Part shown: in pieces, positions 57,201-64,000 of the stretch | How the letters are laid out: the number at the start of each line of letters is the position of its first letter | Numbering within the stretch: position 1 is the first letter of the stretch | Assembly: GCA_041389025.1 (NCBI GenBank) | Contig: JAWKSP010000001.1 | Span: 128,002 to 192,001, forward strand | DNA length: 64,000 nucleotides | Direction: 5' to 3' | Origin: Minisyncoccota bacterium | GTDB lineage: Bacteria > Patescibacteriota > Minisyncoccia > Phycocordibacterales > UBA918 | Position numbers and translations under genes: made by a program | Notes under the pieces: model-generated | The model's database searches: none | Told to the model about the DNA's origin: nothing | The model's input: only the letters and a program-made list of their open reading frames with translations

Positions 57201-60200
57201 AGCTATCATCACCTTCAATGTACTTACTTTTCTTATCTGAGTTATTAATTTTATCTATTACATCTAAAATTATGGATGTTTTTGTCTCTGGTAAGAAAGT
57301 CCTATTTGTATTAGGTTCATGTACAGATACAGTATAATTCTCGTCAGTGGAGGTAGATATTATTTCGATACTTTCTGACACACCAATAGTTGTAATCAAC
57401 TCTTCAACGTACATATCTTCATCAGTAACCACTGACCCAGTTCCAGCCGAAGTGGTAGTAGTTGCAGTATCAGATAGTGATGTAGTAATGTCGGAAGAAG
57501 TAGCGATTGGCTCATCCACTGTTTCTACCACCATCTCTTCTTCGGTTGACGGAGCTATAGAGTCAGTAGTCAAAGCATCTAGCTCAGCCTCTATGGTAGC
57601 CAACTCTTCACCCCCATTACCGGTACCGTAAGTACTGGTAGCAGTAGTGAGGATATTTTTCAATCGGTACAGTTCGGTCGCGTCATAAGTACGAGTAGTT
57701 ATAGAGCCGTTGCCGTATTCGATATTTTCCATCTGACCATGCGGCCCATAATCAATATCACTGACGATATTTGCAAAAGTTCCCCCACTCTCTCTTTGTT
57801 CCACTTTGTCTACCTGACCACCTTTATTAAAGATGTACTTAACTTCTGAGTTATCTGGATAAGTAATGAGTGTTTGGTTGCCTTGGCGATCATACTGGTA
57901 GCTAGTGGTATAGGTATTACTATTTATTGTTTTAGCTTCTGAAGCCAAAAGATTATTTGGAGTATAAGTGTAGTTAGTGGTAGCCGAAGAATTAACGGCG
58001 GTACAAAGCTGTCCCACGCCACCCGTACAAGTGTCGTAGGTATAAGTAATTTCTGTACCAGCTTGTCCGGTGTAGTTCTCGGTCAACTGACGATTGAGAG
58101 CGTCGTAGGTGTAGTTGGTAGTCTGACTCTCTGGATCAGTCTTGCTGGTTAGGTTGCCGGCATTATCGTAAGCAAAAGTCCAAGTACCAAAAGTACTATC
58201 ACTCGGTGCATGCAAGTCCTCCAAGCTAGTACGCCGACCAAGCGAGTCATAACTTATATTTCGCACATTACCTTCCGCATCAGTTATCTTGGTCAAGTTA
58301 CCAAGATTATTCCAAGTGTAGCCTGTGGTATATGAATTGGTTCCTTCGTTTTCAGTCACGGCTACCAGTCGACCAAAAGCATCATATTGGAATTTCTTAT
58401 CGTTGCCAGCGGTATCGGTAACAATTTCTTTCCATTGGTCATAAACTGTTTCAGTTGTACCGACCACAGTCTCCACTGAAGACACCCTGCCAACCGGATC
58501 ATAGTTGAAAATACTTAAAAGATTATTGTTGGTAGTAGGTACACTTCTTGCTGAACCGGTATCAAAATACCGTAAAGACTCTTTGGCCAAAAGACCATTA
58601 TCACCATAAACGTAATCTTTCACTACATACTGATTACTTTCTTCCGCTTCTTGTCTTTCTTGTATCTTTCGACCAAAACCATCCAAGAATGTGTATGAAT
58701 TTTTAACCAAACTGCTGTTTAGATAATTTTTCTTTTGCACGCTGACACTGCCAACCGTATCGGTGTAGACATACTCAGTTTGTACTACCGGAGCGCCGGT
58801 CTGTGGGTCAGGTAATGTAACAGTAAGTGGTCGGCCAAATCCATCGTAAGTAGTGGCAAAAATATTTCCATTAGCGTCGGTAGTAGTCGCTACTTGCCCG
58901 GAAGAATAATCATACTCATACTGTGTAGTCTGGTTGAGAGAGTTGGTGACACTGGTCGGATATAAGTTGTATGCATCGTAAGTGTAGTTAGTGGTGTTAC
59001 CGTTTGGATCAGTCTCGGCTGTTACTAGCCCTAGACTGTTGTATGTCCATTGTTTGTTTATATAGTTGCTACCACCTAACCAATTTTCTTCTTTGGTCTT
59101 ATTACCTAGAGTAACCGTACCAAGTGGTTGGTTATCGTAGTAGAAGAGAGACTCTTGGACTTTGGTGCCGGAGTTGTCGGTCAAGGTTTGTTTGGATGGT
59201 AGTACCATACCGCTAGCATTAGTAGCATACTCAATAGTCGTTACTTGTTTGTCGGTACCAGTATCTGAGAAAGTGCCATCAGAATTACCATTCACCTCTC
59301 CCCACTCGGTTTTTGTGAGAAGTGAGCCGTTGGTGTTGTTGTATGTATAGCTGTTGGCCGAAGCTTTTTTGTCGCTATCACCATCGTAATCAAGCTTAAG
59401 GTCACTCTCTAATTTTAAAAATATATTTCCACCACTAAGTGAAGTGGTAGAAAAATTGTTATGAGAGAGTGCATAAATATTATCTGAAAAATCGTTTACT
59501 TCACTACGATACACTTGGCCGATCAAAAACTCGCCATCTACCCTCTCTTCAGATGTGGTTGAGACCCCGTTTCCTTGATGGTAATAATTTACTTCTTTGT
59601 TTAAACTGGTGATCTTAGAGACTTCACCAAAACCAGAAAACTTGCGTTCGTATATATTATCTGCATCGTAATAAAAATCAGCTTTTTTATAATCATAAAC
59701 CTCAATTTGTACATCACCAAAATTTGAACTCATCTCCTTACTGGTTACCACCACGGGGTTAAATCTTGGTTTTCCAATTTCTTGATAATTCACCCGTCCA
59801 TCTTCCAAATAACCACTATATGAAACTTCAATATTTCCAGATTTTGAAGAAGAAATAAGAGAAAGTTGATCGGGAACAATTTGATCATTTAATTTTACCG
59901 AACCACCACTTGTATGCACTTCATATAAATCATTGAATTCCAAATCCAAGATATCAACAATAGTATCTCCGTCTATATCTACAAAAGCTTTTCCATAGTT
60001 ATGACCACTATAACTATGAGTTAAGAAAAAAGGTAAAGAATAACTTTCTTTTTTCCAACCATTTCCGGTATTAATGTATGTTTCAGCAAACTGCTGACCA
60101 CTATAATACAGTGATTTAACTATATCGGGTAATCTATCACCATTAATATCAACTAAATTATAACCTGTATTAGGAGAACCAGTACTTTTTATGTAAAAAT

Positions 60201-62064
60201 CCACAGGTAAAATCCAATCGGAACTGGTAGCCCAACCATTTCCGGTATTAAGATACACGATTCTTTCGTCTATTTCTGGATTAAATTCTTTTCTATCATC
60301 CTTATAACCTCTAACAGCATCAATTAACCCATCACCGTTAACATCTATCAATCTAGTACCCATATCTGAAAAACTTTTCCATCCGTATCTACTAGATTTA
60401 TTCCCTAAAGGAACCGGAAAATATAATTCTGAATCTTCCCAACCCTGACCGTTATTTAATGCTACTGATGATCTTATATTTTCAGGAACAGAACCATTCT
60501 CAAGCGAAATAAACTCAGAGGTTATGATGTCTGGTAACCCATCACCGTTCACATCTGCGAATGTTCTTGCTGAGTTTGCAAACTTAGAATCAGGATAATA
60601 CCACCAAGTAAAAGACAATAATCCAGTCCAATTTGTATCTTTTACAAAACCACTGCCATTGTTTATATAGACACCGTATTGCTCCAAAGGATACCAAGAA
60701 GGGTATTCATAGTATGAAGAAGGTCCGTCGTAGGCTACTACTATGTCGTCTAACCCATCACCGTTCACATCTATCAATCTAGTGCCCATATCGATATATT
60801 GTGTAGGGTTACTTGTGTTGTCTTTTTCTCTAATCGAGAAAGGCACCTTGATATCATCCCAACTCCAATCAACATCATAATCCCATTGTCCGCCACCTTT
60901 ATTTATATGTACTCTTCTAACCAAATGATTCTCCCATGGATATTGATCACGATCAAAGAAGTGGTAGTATCTAACAACATCAATTAATCCGTCTCCATTT
61001 AAATCGCCAAACCTTACTCCGGTATCTTTAGAATTTAAAGGTTCCGGAAAGTTTTCATATTCCGTACTATTCGACCAATCAGGCAATTTAACACCACCAT
61101 ACTCAAAAATAGTTTCCGGTAAAATAACCTCACCTGATTCTCCGTAACCTTTCTCAGTTATACCTAACAACAAAATTCTACTCTCATTTATACCTTCACC
61201 AAATCGTAAATCATAGCTTCTTACTTTTTCATCATTAACGTAAACGCCTATACCTGAAACGTTGTATTTTCTTGTGACTTTAAAGTTTTTATCATATGAA
61301 GTAAATGGAGTTGTGCTTGTCGCCAATGAAAACTTGACCTCGAAAATATCACTATAAGAAATACTTTCTGGATATATCGAGCCGTTACTTTTTACATATG
61401 TATAATTTGTAACATTTCCGTCTTTATCTTCCACTTTTTCTAGCATCCATTTAGCAACCTCGTTTTCGTTACCAGTATTACTTTGACGAGAATTGTCAGT
61501 TAGACCAAAGTAATATTTATTTCCACTTTTATCTCTAACCTCCCAAACATTATCCAGAAAAATATAGGATAAAAAATCTCCTCTCTCTATTCTAGACACA
61601 AATGTGGTTGAGTCGTTAGTAGGAAACAATTCCCCTGATAAGGACGAATAAAAAGTTGATGACGCAATATACAATTTATCAACACCTCTTTTGTTTATAG
61701 TTTCAATAAAAGGTATAGAGGACTTCCAACCATAACCAAACACATCAACGTCACTTGCTTGCTGATTATTGTATGTAAGTTTTAACATTGGTGTATATTG
61801 ACCTCTCCCTTCAGGAAAAGAAAAGTCATATTTATATTCAAAAGCACCGGTAGATAAATTTATCGTTCCACTATTTAGAAAACTTATATCTCTTGACGGT
61901 ATATTGGTAACAAAACCATCTTCATTTGTGTACACGTCAGCTGATGCAAAATTTTCTAAAGGTATAGCAAAAAATAAAAACACAAGCATAAGGCTTGTGT
62001 TTTTATAAAGAAAATTAAAAAACTTACTTTCGGTTTTTGGTTTGGTTAAACAGAAAAAATTCAT
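54238..62064 (-). CDS. Large secreted RHS/YD-repeat polymorphic toxin: SpvB/TcB-like N-terminus, FG-GAP repeats, RHS core, GIY-YIG/URI-like nuclease tip
   Basis: Signal-like N-terminus; PEGRG..PMLKLTYN..FGYGW; repeated D(V/L/I)NGDGLxD; YD repeats; RYTGHDYDEET..YMGARY; PLKYQDKNG; tip GTY..TGRTNNLERR..EH..E..LN. Confidence 0.92.
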   Translation of the reverse strand: MNFFCLTKPKTESKFFNFLYKNTSLMLVFLFFAIPLENFASADVYTNEDGFVTNIPSRDISFLNSGTINLSTGAFEYKYDFSFPEGRGQYTPMLKLTYNNQQASDVDVFGYGWKSSIPFIETINKRGVDKLYIASSTFYSSLSGELFPTNDSTTFVSRIERGDFLSYIFLDNVWEVRDKSGNKYYFGLTDNSRQSNTGNENEVAKWMLEKVEDKDGNVTNYTYVKSNGSIYPESISYSDIFEVKFSLATSTTPFTSYDKNFKVTRKYNVSGIGVYVNDEKVRSYDLRFGEGINESRILLLGITEKGYGESGEVILPETIFEYGGVKLPDWSNSTEYENFPEPLNSKDTGVRFGDLNGDGLIDVVRYYHFFDRDQYPWENHLVRRVHINKGGGQWDYDVDWSWDDIKVPFSIREKDNTSNPTQYIDMGTRLIDVNGDGLDDIVVAYDGPSSYYEYPSWYPLEQYGVYINNGSGFVKDTNWTGLLSFTWWYYPDSKFANSARTFADVNGDGLPDIITSEFISLENGSVPENIRSSVALNNGQGWEDSELYFPVPLGNKSSRYGWKSFSDMGTRLIDVNGDGLIDAVRGYKDDRKEFNPEIDERIVYLNTGNGWATSSDWILPVDFYIKSTGSPNTGYNLVDINGDRLPDIVKSLYYSGQQFAETYINTGNGWKKESYSLPFFLTHSYSGHNYGKAFVDIDGDTIVDILDLEFNDLYEVHTSGGSVKLNDQIVPDQLSLISSSKSGNIEVSYSGYLEDGRVNYQEIGKPRFNPVVVTSKEMSSNFGDVQIEVYDYKKADFYYDADNIYERKFSGFGEVSKITSLNKEVNYYHQGNGVSTTSEERVDGEFLIGQVYRSEVNDFSDNIYALSHNNFSTTSLSGGNIFLKLESDLKLDYDGDSDKKASANSYTYNNTNGSLLTKTEWGEVNGNSDGTFSDTGTDKQVTTIEYATNASGMVLPSKQTLTDNSGTKVQESLFYYDNQPLGTVTLGNKTKEENWLGGSNYINKQWTYNSLGLVTAETDPNGNTTNYTYDAYNLYPTSVTNSLNQTTQYEYDYSSGQVATTTDANGNIFATTYDGFGRPLTVTLPDPQTGAPVVQTEYVYTDTVGSVSVQKKNYLNSSLVKNSYTFLDGFGRKIQERQEAEESNQYVVKDYVYGDNGLLAKESLRYFDTGSARSVPTTNNNLLSIFNYDPVGRVSSVETVVGTTETVYDQWKEIVTDTAGNDKKFQYDAFGRLVAVTENEGTNSYTTGYTWNNLGNLTKITDAEGNVRNISYDSLGRRTSLEDLHAPSDSTFGTWTFAYDNAGNLTSKTDPESQTTNYTYDALNRQLTENYTGQAGTEITYTYDTCTGGVGQLCTAVNSSATTNYTYTPNNLLASEAKTINSNTYTTSYQYDRQGNQTLITYPDNSEVKYIFNKGGQVDKVEQRESGGTFANIVSDIDYGPHGQMENIEYGNGSITTRTYDATELYRLKNILTTATSTYGTGNGGEELATIEAELDALTTDSIAPSTEEEMVVETVDEPIATSSDITTSLSDTATTTTSAGTGSVVTDEDMYVEELITTIGVSESIEIISTSTDENYTVSVHEPNTNRTFLPETKTSIILDVIDKINNSDKKSKYIEGDDSLFLIQNNKNKDKVILKKTHPEVRLHKWKGEIDLGVRYNKVKGQGENILGTDVVEWKDKDKKERIHAYPLPATEQMEDGGFEIEVILDEKPDTNVFEFEIDGYEDLDFFYQPVSLEGLFGEGEICTETKCIDEGGRVTLERAENIVGSYAVYHKTKKNHVKGEINYATGKVYHIYRPKIKDANGEEVWGELDYKEGMLSVTVPQNFLETATYPVVVDPTFGNTSVGAYTDYVGHNWMIGNVYTSPSDATTVTGINFFTRKYYSNDKFKGVVIDTNTCGIVSDGVGVSANIPTNFAWTESVFEIPVSINPNTNYALTIVSKGYPDIKLDFAYGVHEIFDHTNSFLAPNSPSCTDAGHALHSIYATYETGNIPPPPTNATPTAPTLLETEGQTNPTDITDNTPEFTAIYNDPDTGDTATHYQLQVSTSTAFTNNIWDSTKTALVSQVTAGNRTADITYGGLPLASSTTYHWRIKFWDDSDTEGEWSTETATFSLAAGTTTSTTTPTLPIFVENVQNLTYTYDTVGNITQIIDNSETDSAGTITYTYDDLYRLTSASTTGASTTPYSETYSYNSIGNILTKSDQGTYSYQGDTGTNYANPHAATAIGGTTHTYDQNGNLLTDGSTTNTWNYRNELTESTKAGITTSYTYDHTGQRVSKTTGTNTTLYPFSNYELKNGNITKHIYTNHTLVATIEADTPAPKTYYNHQDHLNSTTKVTDQTGYLNQLLNYQPYGGTRIDNKYDTINQTKRYTGHDYDEETSLSYMGARYQSGDTGRFTSQDPVSLALGSPGLMRDKMDSTVDIYLKNPQAQNTYSYTANNPLKYQDKNGEWLDIVVDVGFTAYSAYKLGEAILTGGDVRGEATNLALDAGGALVPGVVGVGSLRRVAQYSDEAVEAVGGTYKLIDSETGKVVRTGRTNNLERREYEHARNPETRDYDFEVNRRTDDYATQRGQEQKIYDQHPEAKYENGGLNKQQPISNQNPRKKEYEDAAN

Positions 62065-62250
62065 ACAAAAAATAAACGTTAAGATATGTTAATTATTTAG
62101 AATGATAACAAATTATTTTATATAGTTAACACAACAACTCATTTACACAACACCTTACAAATAATACAAAATTCCGACACAAACTTTTATAAAAGCCATT
62201 CTCAGCCCCAGTTAAAGATGCTAAGCTAAACGAATAATCTAGTGTTTTAT

Positions 62251-63168
62251 ATGGCAAAACTTTACAATCAGGCGTTTTTGAAGGACAAGATTATACCGAT
62301 TCATGAGGCTAGTTTAAACATAGCTAGTTCGGCGGTTTTATACGGTCTTAGTGTTTACACTGTTTTCCCGATTATTGTTAAAGAAAATAAACTGTATGCT
62401 TTTAGATTAAAGGATCATTATCGCCGTTTGGTAAATTCAGCTAAGATAATTGGCTTAGACGACATTACAAAAAATTGGTCTTATGAAAAATTTTTAGAGG
62501 TGGTAAAAGACTTAGCCAAAGCCAACGATATAAAAGAAGAAGTTTTTGTTCGTACCACCATTCATGTCGATGAACTACTCCCCGGCACTCGCTCTCGTGG
62601 ACTGTCCACCGATCTTAGTATTTTTATCTATGAAGCTAAGCCAATAGTGCCGCAAGACGGCATGCGACTAAAGACCAGTGTCTGGCGCCGTATACCCGAC
62701 TACTCTATTCCATCGCGAGCTAAAGTAAACGGAGCTTATGTAAACTCGGTTTTAGCTAAGCAAGACGCACTGGATAGCGGTTATGATGATTGCATTTTTC
62801 TAGATGTTGATGGACACGTTTGCGAACTAAGTGCAGCCAACATTTTTTTGATAAAAAATAACATCCTCATTACTCCCGATACCGCCAGTGATTTACTGGA
62901 AGGAATAAACCGTCGCACCGTACTTGAATTGGCCAAAAAGGAAAATTTGGAATACGAGCTTAGAACCATTGATCTAACCGAACTCTACACCGCCGATGAA
63001 ATATTTGTTTGTGGCACTTCTTCGTATTTAGCACCGGTAAAAGAAGTGGACGCCAGAAAAATTGGCGATGGCGAAACTGGTAAAGTCACCGAAAGATTAC
63101 GAGATCTTTATCTTAAAACTTTACGCGGAGAGTTGGATCTAAGAAAAAATATGACAGAGTTGAGTTAA
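62251..63168 (+). CDS. ilvE: Branched-chain amino acid aminotransferase (class IV PLP)
   Basis: VLYG, FRLKDHY.RL, AKVNGAYVNS, ANIFL, LEGINR, ADEIFVCGT. Confidence 0.88.
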   Translation: MAKLYNQAFLKDKIIPIHEASLNIASSAVLYGLSVYTVFPIIVKENKLYAFRLKDHYRRLVNSAKIIGLDDITKNWSYEKFLEVVKDLAKANDIKEEVFVRTTIHVDELLPGTRSRGLSTDLSIFIYEAKPIVPQDGMRLKTSVWRRIPDYSIPSRAKVNGAYVNSVLAKQDALDSGYDDCIFLDVDGHVCELSAANIFLIKNNILITPDTASDLLEGINRRTVLELAKKENLEYELRTIDLTELYTADEIFVCGTSSYLAPVKEVDARKIGDGETGKVTERLRDLYLKTLRGELDLRKNMTELS

Positions 63169-63193
63169 GATGTTAAGAATCAGATACATTATT

Positions 63194-64000
63194 TTATTTT
63201 TTGTGTTTATCTAGAGCTAACTCAATTAGTTTATCTACCAGTTCTATATTTGATACACCACTGACCTCCCACAGTTTTGTATACATACTCAAAGAAGTAA
63301 ATCCTGGAATAGTGTTTATCTCATTGACGTAAAGGGAACCGTCTTTACATAAAAAGAAATCAATCCGACCAAAACCAGCACTATTTAATACTTTAAAAAC
63401 ATTAACTGCCATGTCCTGAATCTGTTTAATTTTAGCTTTAGAAAGTTTAATTGGTGCAATTAAACTCACTCCGTTTTCATTCAAATACTTTGCTTCATAT
63501 GAATAAAATTTATGAGACGTCTTGTCTGTTACAATTTCTCCTAGCAAAGAAACAGTAGGGTTATCATTACCCAGCACAGAACATTCAATTTCTCTACCCT
63601 CAATGTATTCTTCCACGATTACTTTGGTATCGTAAAGAAAAGCTTTTTCTATACCTACTTTATAATCCATCTCATTATCAGCCTTGGATATACCAATTGA
63701 TGAACCTTGATTCGCTGGTTTTATAAATAAAGGCAATCCAAGTTTTTTCTTAACCTCTGCAAAAGCAACCGTCTTAATATTTTTATGTAAAACAAAAAAT
63801 TTACCTACCGGTAATCCAGCTTCACGTAACAACCTTTTCATTATATCCTTATCCATACCAACCGCACTACCCAAAACCCCAGAACCAACAAAAGGTATAT
63901 CTAACATTCTCAACAAACCTTGAATAGTTCCATCTTCACCATACAGACCATGCAAAACAGGAAAAACAACATCGAATTTATGCTTTATAATGTTGTCACC
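63194..64000 (-). CDS. ddl: D-alanine--D-alanine ligase, 5'-truncated by window edge
   Basis: HGLYGEDGTIQG, KPANQGSSIG, GREIECSV, FYSYEAKY, NEINTIPGFT. Confidence 0.95.
   Translation of the reverse strand, partial: GDNIIKHKFDVVFPVLHGLYGEDGTIQGLLRMLDIPFVGSGVLGSAVGMDKDIMKRLLREAGLPVGKFFVLHKNIKTVAFAEVKKKLGLPLFIKPANQGSSIGISKADNEMDYKVGIEKAFLYDTKVIVEEYIEGREIECSVLGNDNPTVSLLGEIVTDKTSHKFYSYEAKYLNENGVSLIAPIKLSKAKIKQIQDMAVNVFKVLNSAGFGRIDFFLCKDGSLYVNEINTIPGFTSLSMYTKLWEVSGVSNIELVDKLIELALDKHKK

Overview
AT-rich bacterial chromosome segment (genetic code 11). Gene content points to Patescibacteria/CPR, probably Parcubacteria (inference: compact housekeeping set, pilMNO cluster, rplK not followed by rplA). 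The backbone holds glyA-thyA-dcd-CYTH/folA, secE-nusG-rplK, ATP-cone NrdB plus NrdA, mscL, pyrFE, rplS, uppS, pilMNO, msrAB, pgi, gdh, creD, ilvE, ddl and six tRNAs. Four accessory systems stand out. (1) A family of non-coding, multi-hairpin elements sits directly 3' of four tRNA genes; each copy is tailored to pair with its own tRNA 3' end, and some carry inverted and direct copies of it. (2) An IS1111-type IS110 element has inserted into the copy at tRNA-Val, and its non-coding end holds a readable bridge/seekRNA whose guides match both the insertion site and the donor junction. (3) A diversity-generating retroelement mini-cassette (target VR, TR, Avd; all 16 mismatches at TR adenines) has no reverse transcriptase anywhere in the window. 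(4) An RHS polymorphic toxin locus encodes a 2608-aa toxin with a ~650-aa in-frame insertion, plus three near-identical orphan core repeats and alternative toxin/immunity tips. All calls were made by eye from the sequence; no searches were run.
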